Below are positions 8,328 through 17,509 of a stretch of 64,000 nt of DNA, piece after piece. The notes under the pieces are model-generated. The model worked only from the letters and a program-made list of their open reading frames with translations. It ran no database searches and was not told the origin of the DNA. The position numbers and the translations under genes were made by a program. How positions within the stretch are numbered: position 1 is the stretch's first letter; the number at the start of each line of letters is the position of its first letter. The stretch is from a virus: positions 5,225-69,224 of IMG/VR virus record IMGVR_UViG_2795385957_000004; one strand, given 5' to 3'.

Positions 8328-8977
8328 GCGACAACGGAAGAATCCACCGCAAGTTCTGGAACCACGACAAAGCGAAAGCTGCCGGTAACGCGGCGCTCGG
8401 ATTGTGGGCACGCGCGAACTCGTGGTGCCGCGACCACCGCAAGGCAGGGTACGTGCCGGCACCGGACGCACTGGAAATGGGCACGCAGGCCGAGATTGAC
8501 GCACTAGTGAATGCCCGTCTGTGGGTTAAGACGCAGCACGGCTACAGGTTCCACGACTATGAGCACTGGAACGATGACGTGGAAGCGGACAGCATCGCGG
8601 GCGACATGGTGCGCGAAGTTGTGCCGGCCTCGCATCCGTCTGCGATCCGCAAGCAGCTCGTGCGCCAGGCAACCACGCTGCTCGCTGAGGGTATCGACCG
8701 CGACATTGTGAAACGTGCTCTGGGCTTGTGGTGCGCCAAGGATTTATCGCCGTCGCTGCTGCCAAACCTGGCCTCTGAGGCGATGAAAGAAGCGCAGCGC
8801 TCACAGAACATCATGAACGTGCTGCGGGACTGCTGGCGCTCCGGAAAGGTCACACCGCTCAAACAGTTCGGGTATGTGTTCACCCTGCCGGACATTCCCG
8901 ATGACGTTGACCGCGACGTGTTCATACACCAGGCCAAACGGGATTGGATGCTGCGCATTCGAGAGAGGATTAAGTGA
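8324..8977 (+). CDS. Putative replication initiator / helicase-associated protein
   Basis: H.KF..H.K....GNAALGLW...SWC N-terminus; translationally coupled to DnaB. Confidence 0.5.
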   Translation: MSDNGRIHRKFWNHDKAKAAGNAALGLWARANSWCRDHRKAGYVPAPDALEMGTQAEIDALVNARLWVKTQHGYRFHDYEHWNDDVEADSIAGDMVREVVPASHPSAIRKQLVRQATTLLAEGIDRDIVKRALGLWCAKDLSPSLLPNLASEAMKEAQRSQNIMNVLRDCWRSGKVTPLKQFGYVFTLPDIPDDVDRDVFIHQAKRDWMLRIRERIK

Positions 8978-10251
8978 CCGACGACTACGGTCGGCAACCG
9001 CCAAGTGACATTCAGGCAGAGCAATCGGTACTGGGCGGGATGCTGCTGTCCAAAAGCATCATTCCCGAAGTGGTCGAACGCATGTCGGCGGAAGACTTCT
9101 ATCGCCCCAACCACGCGACGGTATTCCAAACCATCGTTGATGTGTGGATGCGCGGCGATGAAGTAGACGCCGTAACCGTTGCCGCCGAGCTGGACAAGCA
9201 AGGAGCGCTCCGCAAGATCGGTGGCGCGCCGTACCTGCACACCCTCATTTCCACCGTGCCAACGGCAACGAACGCCGGACACTACGCAGGCATCGTCATC
9301 TCCAAAGCGAAGCTGCGGAAGATGGGAGAGCTTGGCATCCGCCTCCAGCAGCTCGCGTCGAATGATATCCAGACCGATGACGCCGAAGCTGCCCTTGCAC
9401 AGGGCGAGAAATGGTTTCGAGAACTGCACACATCCGATGAGCGGGCGATCGGGTTCGATGCTTTGGTTGAGCACTTCCGGGAGTCGTTGACATCGGATTC
9501 AGTTCCAGCCATCCCAACGCCATGGGATGCGCTCAACGACAGGCTCATTGGCGGTTTGCAGCGCGGTCGGCTCTACACAGTCGGCGCGAGACCAGGAATC
9601 GGCAAGAGCGTCGCTCTGCTGAACATGGCATCATTCGCCGCTGCCTGGGATTACAAGACTGCTGTGTTCTCACTGGAAATGAGCGCAGCCGAAGTCACTA
9701 CCCGGCTGATCGCACAGGGCGCTCGGGTAAACCAAACCAAGCTCGTCAAGAAGCAGATCGACTTGGACATGTCCGACCGGATCGAGCGCTATGTCAAGGA
9801 AAACGCCGGGGTCGCATTGCAAGTCATCGACCGGGAGACAATCACAGTCGAGCAGATCATTGCCCACTGTCGCGCTGCCGGACCATTCGATGTGATCGTG
9901 GTCGATTACCTGCAATTGATTGAGCCATCGGACCGCAGGGCGGTTCGTGAGCAGCAGGTGGCGCATCTGAGCCGGTCGTTGAAGATCGCAGCGCGCGAGT
10001 TGAACGCGGCGGTCATTGTGGCAGCACAGCTCAATCGCGGACCGTTGAAGGACGGCAAGCCACGCGCACCGGTCGTGTCTGACCTGCGCGAAAGCGGCGC
10101 AGTCGAACAGGACTCGGATTGCGTTCTGCTGCTTCACCAGGACGAGGACGAGCCGGGGTACGTGACGATGATTGTTGGGAAAAACAGGCAGGGCAAGACG
10201 GGGGACATGTTGCTCAAATTTGAAGGGCAGTACGCGCGGATTTCCGAATGA
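8974..10251 (+). CDS. dnaB: DnaB-like replicative DNA helicase
   Basis: PPSDIQAEQSVLG, GARPGIGKS, FSLEMS, VVDYLQLI, AQLNR, DLRESGAVEQDSD, KNRQG. Confidence 0.95.
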   Translation: MTDDYGRQPPSDIQAEQSVLGGMLLSKSIIPEVVERMSAEDFYRPNHATVFQTIVDVWMRGDEVDAVTVAAELDKQGALRKIGGAPYLHTLISTVPTATNAGHYAGIVISKAKLRKMGELGIRLQQLASNDIQTDDAEAALAQGEKWFRELHTSDERAIGFDALVEHFRESLTSDSVPAIPTPWDALNDRLIGGLQRGRLYTVGARPGIGKSVALLNMASFAAAWDYKTAVFSLEMSAAEVTTRLIAQGARVNQTKLVKKQIDLDMSDRIERYVKENAGVALQVIDRETITVEQIIAHCRAAGPFDVIVVDYLQLIEPSDRRAVREQQVAHLSRSLKIAARELNAAVIVAAQLNRGPLKDGKPRAPVVSDLRESGAVEQDSDCVLLLHQDEDEPGYVTMIVGKNRQGKTGDMLLKFEGQYARISE

Positions 10252-10592
10252 CACGCGAGATTCGCGCGCTGATGTCGGTTAGTCCCGAACATTGGACCAA
10301 GCAAGCCATCTGCACAGGTGATGCCCGATTCACGGGCCGTAGAGAGTGGCTGTCCAATTCCGATGATGTGGACATGGCGGGCATCTGTAAGCGCTGCCCC
10401 GTAATCGATCAATGCCGCAATTGGGCCGATGAGTCCGATGCGGTTTCCGTATTCGCAGCTGGTTCTTGGAGGTATTCAGACGATGAACGGAATTTTCAAT
10501 CCCCTCGACGGGGACGATGTTCCACTGGGCGAGATTCCCGACGTGCCGGCGCTCGCGCAGCGGTCTGTGGAGGCAGTGCGCGCTCTGGCTGA
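10248..10592 (+). CDS. WhiB-like protein
   Basis: W...AIC...AGICKRCPVIDQC four-Cys pattern; C-terminus overlaps next ORF and is uncertain. Confidence 0.55.
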   Translation: MTREIRALMSVSPEHWTKQAICTGDARFTGRREWLSNSDDVDMAGICKRCPVIDQCRNWADESDAVSVFAAGSWRYSDDERNFQSPRRGRCSTGRDSRRAGARAAVCGGSARSG

Positions 10593-10683
10593 GGGGCTTG
10601 TGGAGACGGCGACGACGTTCTTCCTGGCCGTCGCTGAGGGGATCGCGGAGGGCTACGACTTGGCTGTGGGTGATGAGCAATGA
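10483..10683 (+). CDS. Hypothetical protein
   Basis: ATG 10483 with GGAGG; ATGA overlap with next gene. Confidence 0.55.
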   Translation: MNGIFNPLDGDDVPLGEIPDVPALAQRSVEAVRALAEGLVETATTFFLAVAEGIAEGYDLAVGDEQ

Positions 10684-11525
10684 CCATCTCGTTGAAGGCC
10701 CTGGCTGGGGAGCACGCCACGGTTTACGAAGTAGCAGATGCCTTCCAATTCCCCGGCGGGGAGCTGCATTTGCGCGATATTGAGCGTTACGACGGTGAGC
10801 CGGTGCAGCTCATCGCCGACATTCGTGGCGCGGAGCCGGAGGACTTGATAACGGCTGCGCTGTACGCGGACGTGGCGCAGGAGCGCAACTGGCCGCTCGT
10901 TGTGATGCTGCCTTACCTTCCGGCTGCGCGTGCTGATCGCGGTGTCCCGCTCGGGGTTTCCGTCTACGCAAACCTGGTGAACGGTATGGAACCTGACCAG
11001 GTGATTTGCGTCGATCCGCATTCCGAGGTGGCAGAAACCTATTACGACGAGCTGCTGACGTTAGATGCCATACCGCTGCTGCAACGCTCCATCATGAACA
11101 CCAAGTATGACGCGGTGATCGCGCCGGACAAGGGTGCGGTGGAGCGCGCGATGCGCGCCGCGAAGGCACTCGGGATTGATCTGTATCGGGCTGAGAAGAT
11201 CCGCGACTTTGAGACAGGCCGGATTCTCGACATTCAGATGACCGAGCACCTACCACCGACAGGCAAGTACCTAGTGGTGGATGACATCTGCGACGGTGGA
11301 GGCACTTTCGCAGGGCTTGCAGCGGCCACCGGCCTGAGCCGTGATCGGCTGGGGATCTGGATCACGCACGGGGTCTTCTCGGGCAAGGCGTCGGATCTGC
11401 ATGCCAATTATGAGCGGATCTACACGACGGATTCGCATCCGGGAGCGTATCGGGGTTCGGTGCGTCCGTGGTCAACGGTGCCGGTCTACGGCTACATGTT
11501 CCACAACATGAAGGACTTCCGGTAA
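10680..11525 (+). CDS. Ribose-phosphate pyrophosphokinase-like enzyme; probable NARP1 ADPR-PP synthetase (Adps)
   Basis: FPGGE, PYLPAARADR, DPHS, APDKGA, VVDDICDGGGTF (PRT loop); adjacent to a NAMPT homolog. Confidence 0.85.
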   Translation: MTISLKALAGEHATVYEVADAFQFPGGELHLRDIERYDGEPVQLIADIRGAEPEDLITAALYADVAQERNWPLVVMLPYLPAARADRGVPLGVSVYANLVNGMEPDQVICVDPHSEVAETYYDELLTLDAIPLLQRSIMNTKYDAVIAPDKGAVERAMRAAKALGIDLYRAEKIRDFETGRILDIQMTEHLPPTGKYLVVDDICDGGGTFAGLAAATGLSRDRLGIWITHGVFSGKASDLHANYERIYTTDSHPGAYRGSVRPWSTVPVYGYMFHNMKDFR

Positions 11526-11635
11526 TGCCGCAGGTTCTGTTCGGCGGTGTCGCCGTGCTGATTCTCGGGTGTGCGCTGCTCGGCTTCGTGTGCGGCTGGA
11601 TCGTGACAACGAAATGGATTGAACGAGATGACTAA
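11525..11635 (+). CDS. 36-aa single-TM peptide
   Basis: ATG overlaps the TAA of the upstream gene; MPQVLFGGVAVLILGCALLGFVCGWIVTTKWIERDD. Confidence 0.5.
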   Translation: MPQVLFGGVAVLILGCALLGFVCGWIVTTKWIERDD

Positions 11636-13118
11636 ATACTCACCCGTCGCGCCGTTGTTTCACACGGACGCCTACAAGCTGGACCACAAACGCCAATACG
11701 ATTTGGCCGGCGAGGTGACCCGCGTGTACTCGAACTACACGAACCGAAAGAGCCGAATCCCTGGTGTTGACGCGGTGGTTCACTTCGGGTTGCAGGCATA
11801 CATTCAGCGGTATTTGATGGACGAGTTCGAGCCGTTCTTTAGCTCGGGCAGAAGTCAGGCTTGCCGACTCTACGAGGCACGTGTAGCCCAGATTCTCGGG
11901 CCGGAGGCGGCCAAGGGTATTGGTAGCGAACACATCCGTGCACTGCACGCTCTAGGTTATCTGCCGTTGCGGTTCTGTGCGGTCCCGGAGGGCACCCCAG
12001 TTCCGATCGGGGTTCCGTCATTCACGGTGGAAAACACCGACCCAGAGTTCTACTGGCTGACCAACTTTGTCGAAACCGGGCTCTCTGCCGGAATCTGGCA
12101 GGCATCCACTTCCGCCACGATTGCGCACGAGTACCGCAAGGTACTTGAGACGGCGGCAAAACGCACTGGCAGCGATCTTGCCGGGGTTGACTGGCAGTGC
12201 CATGACTTCTCCTACCGGGGAATGTCCTCGCACGAGTCCGCTGCGGCCTCTGGTGCGGCGCATCTGCTCTCATTCACGGGTACGGATTCTTTGGTGTCAC
12301 TGGACTGGATTGACCGGTACTACGGTGGCTCCTATGTGGTGGGTTCGGTTCCCGCCACAGAGCATTCGGTCATGTGCACTGGCATTGAGTCGGTGGGTGA
12401 ACAGGAGACGTTTTCGCGTCTGCTGGATCTGTATCCGACTGGTGTCGTGTCGGTCGTTTCGGACACGTTCGACTTGTGGCGTGTTCTTACCGAGTACCTA
12501 CCCGCGCTGCGGGACAAGATTCTTGCCCGCGACGGCAAGTTGGTGATCCGCCCTGACTCTGGTGACCCGGAGAAGATACTGTGCGGCGACCCGGATGCGA
12601 TGTCGGGAACACCGGAGTGGTGGGGTGTCCTGCACCAGTTGTACGACGTGTTCGGTGGTGAGGCGAATGACGCCGGTTTCATTGAACTTAACCCGCGTGT
12701 CGGTGCGATCTACGGTGATTCGATCACGTTGGATCGCGCACGCTCGATCACTGAGCGGATGGCGCGGCTGCGTTGGGCTTCAACGAATGTGGTGTTCGGT
12801 GTCGGTTCGTTCACGTATCAATACAACACGCGTGACACGTTCGGGTCTGCGATGAAGGCTACGTGGGCTGAGGTTGACGGTGAGGGCGTGAATCTGCTTA
12901 AGGACCCGGTTACTGATGACGGGACGAAGAAGTCCGCTACGGGGCGTCTGGCGGTGTTGCACAAGGCTAAGGCATTTGGTGGGCAGATGTTCCTTGTCGA
13001 GCGAGCGGATAAGTTCGCCGAAATGAACAGTCTGCTACAGCCAGTGTGGGAAGACGGCGAATTCATTAAGCACCAGTCATTTTCGGATGTACGCGATGTT
13101 CTACGGGGGCAATTATGA
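11628..13118 (+). CDS. Nicotinamide phosphoribosyltransferase-like enzyme; probable NARP1 Namat
   Basis: TDAYKLDH, HDFSYRG, HLLSFTGTD, VPATEHSVM, SVVSDTFD, VIRPDSGDP, IYGDSIT, KDPVTD..KKSA.G. Confidence 0.9.
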   Translation: MTKYSPVAPLFHTDAYKLDHKRQYDLAGEVTRVYSNYTNRKSRIPGVDAVVHFGLQAYIQRYLMDEFEPFFSSGRSQACRLYEARVAQILGPEAAKGIGSEHIRALHALGYLPLRFCAVPEGTPVPIGVPSFTVENTDPEFYWLTNFVETGLSAGIWQASTSATIAHEYRKVLETAAKRTGSDLAGVDWQCHDFSYRGMSSHESAAASGAAHLLSFTGTDSLVSLDWIDRYYGGSYVVGSVPATEHSVMCTGIESVGEQETFSRLLDLYPTGVVSVVSDTFDLWRVLTEYLPALRDKILARDGKLVIRPDSGDPEKILCGDPDAMSGTPEWWGVLHQLYDVFGGEANDAGFIELNPRVGAIYGDSITLDRARSITERMARLRWASTNVVFGVGSFTYQYNTRDTFGSAMKATWAEVDGEGVNLLKDPVTDDGTKKSATGRLAVLHKAKAFGGQMFLVERADKFAEMNSLLQPVWEDGEFIKHQSFSDVRDVLRGQL

Positions 13119-13345
13119 GCAGGAATGAGTTCCGTGCCTTGACGGATGAGGAAGTGGAGCGGCTGTTTCGGGAAGTCCTGGAAAATGCCGGTGAAGAAGG
13201 GCTCACCGAGGACGAACTGTGTAAGGCACTGCAAGAGGTATGGCAACTGGCGATTTCGGAGGCGATGTTGACCTTGTGGCGCAAGCGTGAACTGAAATTC
13301 GGTTGGAACGTTAAGTCGCAAGATTTGATGTTAGTGAAGGCGTGA
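13115..13345 (+). CDS. Hypothetical protein
   Basis: Coupled overlaps on both sides. Confidence 0.6.
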   Translation: MSRNEFRALTDEEVERLFREVLENAGEEGLTEDELCKALQEVWQLAISEAMLTLWRKRELKFGWNVKSQDLMLVKA

Positions 13346-14262
13346 AGATGTTGAAACTAACTGCTATGCGCGGATACCCCGGCAGCGGAAAAACCACCAA
13401 GGCCAAGGAGATTGCCGCCAAGAGTGGCGCTGTCCGGGTCTGTCGCGATGACCTGCGGAAGATGTTGCACGACAACTACCACACCGGCAAGACGGAGTGC
13501 GAGGACCAGGTTACGACCGCTGAGCGGGCACAGGTTCATGCGCTACTCCAGTCGGGTACCTCGGTGGTTGTGGACGCCACGCATCTGGAGCCGCGTTGGC
13601 TGCGTAAGTGGGCGAAGATGGCTGCGCAGTACGGTGCCGAGTTCAAGGTTGTTGACGTGCTCGCCACGCCTGACGAGTGTGTCGACCGGGACTACGCGCG
13701 GGCCAAGGCAGGTGGCCGCGAAGTGGGCGCGGAAGTGATTCTGCGGATGGCGAAACGTCACCCTTGCCGGAACTGGCCGACCGTGATGCAATTGGAAACA
13801 TTCACACCCGAGCCGGTCGAATGGATCGCGGACCTGCCTACAGCCATCATCGTTGACATTGACGGCACAGTCGCCCACATGGACGGGCGGTCACCGTACG
13901 ACTACACGCAGGTTCATACGGACACCGTTGATGAACAAGTTCGTTGGCTGGTCAACTCGATGTTCCGCAAGGGCGTCATGGTGCTGTTCGTGTCTGGCCG
14001 GGACGACAGTTGCCGGGATGAAACGGTTAAATGGCTGGAGTACCACGGGATTCTGTTTGACGAGCTGCACATGAGGCCCACCGGGGCCAAGGATGCGAAC
14101 GGCAACAAGCTGCCTGATTATCGGGTGAAGTACGACTTGTTCAACGCGAACATCCGTGGCAAGTACAACGTGCGGTTCGTGCTGGATGACCGTGACCAGG
14201 TTGTGAACCTTTGGCGGGCATTGGGTTTGAAGTGCTTGCAGGTACAGCCGGGGGACTTCTGA
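13342..14262 (+). CDS. Polynucleotide 5'-kinase/3'-phosphatase (T4 PseT-like Pnk)
   Basis: P-loop GYPGSGKTT, RDDLR, VVDATH; HAD motifs DIDGT, SGR, LDDR. Confidence 0.9.
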   Translation: MKMLKLTAMRGYPGSGKTTKAKEIAAKSGAVRVCRDDLRKMLHDNYHTGKTECEDQVTTAERAQVHALLQSGTSVVVDATHLEPRWLRKWAKMAAQYGAEFKVVDVLATPDECVDRDYARAKAGGREVGAEVILRMAKRHPCRNWPTVMQLETFTPEPVEWIADLPTAIIVDIDGTVAHMDGRSPYDYTQVHTDTVDEQVRWLVNSMFRKGVMVLFVSGRDDSCRDETVKWLEYHGILFDELHMRPTGAKDANGNKLPDYRVKYDLFNANIRGKYNVRFVLDDRDQVVNLWRALGLKCLQVQPGDF

Positions 14263-14450
14263 TGACGATAAGCATCACGGGCGACGGCATGGCGATCCCT
14301 CTGGACGGCGACGCCGGTCTCACTTATGACCGCAAGACCAAGACGTTGACTGTCCATGGTCTCGGCGCGTCTGACCGGGTGATCACGCGTTCGGACAGTC
14401 GTGACGAGTCACAGACCGTGATCGTTGAATTCGGGAAGCGGGGGTTCTAA
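14262..14450 (+). CDS. Hypothetical protein
   Basis: TGATG overlap. Confidence 0.5.
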   Translation: MTISITGDGMAIPLDGDAGLTYDRKTKTLTVHGLGASDRVITRSDSRDESQTVIVEFGKRGF

Positions 14451-14656
14451 TGGGCGACTACACGCCGGAAGAGTTCTATTCCAAGGTGGAATGGGAGGGC
14501 GGTATCTCTGAGGCCATTCTTGAATACGGTTTGACCGAAGATGACCTGGACGACTCAGACCCAGAGCTGAAAGCAGCGGTCAAGGAATTCCGAGAGGCTG
14601 CGACTGGCCCGGAAGAGCGGTTGCGCAAGCTGTTGTACGGCAAGTACGGAGAGTGA
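14450..14656 (+). CDS. Acidic hypothetical protein
   Basis: TAATG overlap. Confidence 0.6.
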   Translation: MGDYTPEEFYSKVEWEGGISEAILEYGLTEDDLDDSDPELKAAVKEFREAATGPEERLRKLLYGKYGE

Positions 14657-14856
14657 TTCGTGGCTAAACACGAGCGAGTGTGCACAATCCCGCGACATGA
14701 TCGGGACATTCGCATGGCGGAAACATTGCAAGCAATTCGGGGCAACAGTCCTGGCCACATCGTGTACTTCAAACAGTCGCACGGCCAGTTCGTGCGGTAC
14801 GCAGAGGATGAGAATGCCGCAAATCTGACTCTGCTCTAAGTGGTAATCGGGGGGAA

Positions 14857-15261
14857 TTGGAGCACCAAATCACGGTGCCCCTAAAACGACCACCCATGCT
14901 GGCTAACGACCAGCGCAGGTGGACATGGCCGCAAGTCCGCGCAGCGAAACATCAAGTCGGAGTACTTGTCGCAACGCTGGCGCGGACTGCGCGGATTCGG
15001 GGGTTAGGACCGTCAATCGTATCCGTCAAATGGTTCGTACCAGACAAACGGAAACGTGACGTTGATTCACTCGGGCCATTCACAAAAGCCGCACTCGACG
15101 GAATGGTCGATGCCGGTGTCTGGCCTGGCGACGACGCGAATTGGGTAACCGAAGTCCGCATGTCGATAGATAGCACGCAACCAAAGCAACCGCGTATTGA
15201 GATAAAGGTATTTGAAAATGCAACGGAACTGGCGGGACGACGCGATATGCCAGCAGATTGA
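14857..15261 (+). CDS. rusA: RusA-like Holliday junction resolvase
   Basis: RKRDVDSL...KAALDGMVDAGVWPGDD catalytic pattern. Confidence 0.8.
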   Translation: MEHQITVPLKRPPMLANDQRRWTWPQVRAAKHQVGVLVATLARTARIRGLGPSIVSVKWFVPDKRKRDVDSLGPFTKAALDGMVDAGVWPGDDANWVTEVRMSIDSTQPKQPRIEIKVFENATELAGRRDMPAD

Positions 15262-15454
15262 CCAAGACGCGTTCTTTCCGAAGCGTGGGCAGAATCCCAC
15301 GGGGGCGAAACGAATCTGTGCGCTATGTGACGTTCAAAATGACTGTCTGAGTGAAGCATTGGATGACGAGCGCGGATTGACTCGCGAATACAGGTTCGGT
15401 GTTCGCGGCGGCAAGACCCCCAACGCGCGCGCGAACATGGATAGGGCTGCGTAG
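15218..15454 (+). CDS. WhiB-family transcription factor
   Basis: WRDDAIC...FFP...AKRICALCDVQNDC...FGVRGG.TP. Confidence 0.85.
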   Translation: MQRNWRDDAICQQIDQDAFFPKRGQNPTGAKRICALCDVQNDCLSEALDDERGLTREYRFGVRGGKTPNARANMDRAA

Positions 15455-15955
15455 ATGGTCATGTTCGATCCACTGGAGAGCTTCTTTTCCGGGCTGAATG
15501 TCCTAGGTACCTCGGTGACGGGGATCAACCTCGGGCACCGGAAACGGACAATTCCCGAGCTGGACATACCCAACCTGCCCCAGGCCGTCTGCAAGGGATA
15601 CGAGCCGTTGGCCGACTTCCATCCGAAAGCTGAGTCCAGCGGAGCCAAAGCCAAGCTGATCTGCGCAGGATGCCCAGAAAAGCAAGCGTGCCTTGACTAT
15701 GCGATGAACTGGGAGCGCCGACACAACGAACGCATGTCTGGGGTGTGGGGTGGACATACGGAGTCGGAGCGCGCGCGGTTGCGGGCAGACGAGCACGGCG
15801 GGGTGAAGCTGTGCCGCAACGGGACCCACGAAATGACCGGCTACAACGTGGTCAAGCTGGCCGCTGGCGGTGTGCGATGCCGGGGTTGCTACAACGAGGC
15901 AACGAATCGGTCGAAACGTGCTGCGCGGGAGACGAAAAGGGTTGCAAATGGATGA
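15455..15955 (+). CDS. WhiB-family factor fused to a C-terminal Cys/His zinc-binding module
   Basis: AVC...AKLICAGCPEKQAC...GVWGG plus CRNGTH...RCRGC. Confidence 0.75.
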   Translation: MVMFDPLESFFSGLNVLGTSVTGINLGHRKRTIPELDIPNLPQAVCKGYEPLADFHPKAESSGAKAKLICAGCPEKQACLDYAMNWERRHNERMSGVWGGHTESERARLRADEHGGVKLCRNGTHEMTGYNVVKLAAGGVRCRGCYNEATNRSKRAARETKRVANG

Positions 15956-16021
15956 GTTCAGAGTCATTTGGACTGACAGTCGGGCCGGATTGGTGGGGCT
16001 GGTGAAGTTCGCGAAGGAGAC

Positions 16022-16639
16022 ATGACCGAGCACTATTGCGACGCCAAGAATGGGTGCGTGTCGCGCACGAGCACCGGACCTGCCGTCACTGCTAAGCCAG
16101 ACACGTTGTGCAACGGCTGTATTCGAGATATTCAACGCTGCCTAGATGAGCTGCCGACTTACCGTGATGCGCTGCGCGTGTTCCTGGGTTCGACACCCAA
16201 GACTGCGTTGCAGTCCAAGGTGAACATGACAGCAGAGCCGTCTACGCCGTACAACGTGAAGGTCGCGGACCTGATCGACTCGATTGACGCGGCTGTTTCG
16301 CTGGCTGGCGGACCAAATGCCCTTATCAAGGATTTGGTTTCGCGGCCTGCTGAGAAGTTCACCTTGGGCTCGCCGCTGGGGTTGCGTGAGGTGTATTTGA
16401 CGGGCGTTGTGCGGGCGATCGACGTTCGTCGGGTGCATTCGCAGGCTGATGCGATTGTTGGTTTAGGGAAGGTGTGGGAGCGGCGGAAAGCGCCATGCCC
16501 GGAATGCGATCTGCCCACGTTGGGGACGTGGGTTGGGTCCGGAACGATTTATTGCACAAATTCTGAGTGTGCAACTACTTTGACGCAATCTGATTACGAG
16601 GGGTATTGCGTCATTAAAGCGGAAAGTGAGAAGAAGTAA
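16022..16639 (+). CDS. Cys-rich hypothetical protein
   Basis: GAAGGAG RBS; several CxxC motifs. Confidence 0.65.
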   Translation: MTEHYCDAKNGCVSRTSTGPAVTAKPDTLCNGCIRDIQRCLDELPTYRDALRVFLGSTPKTALQSKVNMTAEPSTPYNVKVADLIDSIDAAVSLAGGPNALIKDLVSRPAEKFTLGSPLGLREVYLTGVVRAIDVRRVHSQADAIVGLGKVWERRKAPCPECDLPTLGTWVGSGTIYCTNSECATTLTQSDYEGYCVIKAESEKK

Positions 16640-17028
16640 TGCCTGACGCAACTATCTACCAGATCGGTAATTTGACCGCTGATCCTGAACTGCGCCAGAC
16701 ACCTAACGGTGTGTCGGTGACCCAGTTCTCGGTGGCTTCTACGCCTCGCGTCTATGACAAGCAGTCGCAGGAGTGGAAAGACGGCGACACGACGTTCTTG
16801 CGGGCGCAGGTGTGGCGGGAGCTGGCCGAGGGTGCCGCGAACGAGCTGCGCCGTGGCGACCAGGTGATCGTGGTCGGCAAGTTGAAGCAGCGTAAGTATG
16901 AGAAGGACGGCGAAAACCGGACCGCGTTCGAGGTAGAGGCCGATTTCGTGGGCAAGTCGGTTCGTGCCCGCAAGCCGCGCCAGGACGACGGCTGGGGTTC
17001 CGGGGCATCCGATGCCGCCCCGTTCTGA
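16639..17028 (+). CDS. ssb: Single-stranded DNA-binding protein
   Basis: IGNLTADPELRQTP.G..V..FSVA; acidic tail ending APF. Confidence 0.95.
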   Translation: MPDATIYQIGNLTADPELRQTPNGVSVTQFSVASTPRVYDKQSQEWKDGDTTFLRAQVWRELAEGAANELRRGDQVIVVGKLKQRKYEKDGENRTAFEVEADFVGKSVRARKPRQDDGWGSGASDAAPF

Positions 17029-17186
17029 TGGCGCAGATTGTTGGGCATTTCAGCCTGGACAACGTTAAGCCGGAGTACATCGACCAGTTGCGGCGCTTTG
17101 AGGCCGAGGGCGACATGACGGCCATGCGCGAGTTCTTAGACAACTTCTGTCACTGGGATTACTCGCTGACCGTGGAGTGGGACTGA
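17028..17186 (+). CDS. 52-aa hypothetical protein
   Basis: TGATG overlaps at both ends (not in the ORF track). Confidence 0.55.
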   Translation: MAQIVGHFSLDNVKPEYIDQLRRFEAEGDMTAMREFLDNFCHWDYSLTVEWD

Positions 17187-17509
17187 TGCCTGAGCTACGG
17201 GTCTATGGATGCTCGGATGATTTGGTTGAGTTCGAGGGGGTATTCACTGAGGAATACAACGTCTATCAGCCAGCCACGTTCCTAGTCACGATTGACGTTG
17301 CCGACGACCGCGCACAGTTCGAGGTCCATGCCCGCTATTGGGCGGAATGGGAACTGTCCGTCAAGTCGTGCTCGAACTGGTCGAACTATCCAATGAATGT
17401 TCGCTTTGATCAACGACCGGATTACGACGGCGATCCGATGATCATCTTTGAATTGGACGATGACGCGAAAGTTCGGGTCGTCCGAGTAGGGGGAAATGAT
17501 GGCGATTGA
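17186..17509 (+). CDS. Hypothetical protein
   Basis: YGCSDDLVEFEG motif; coupled start. Confidence 0.6.
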   Translation: MPELRVYGCSDDLVEFEGVFTEEYNVYQPATFLVTIDVADDRAQFEVHARYWAEWELSVKSCSNWSNYPMNVRFDQRPDYDGDPMIIFELDDDAKVRVVRVGGNDGD

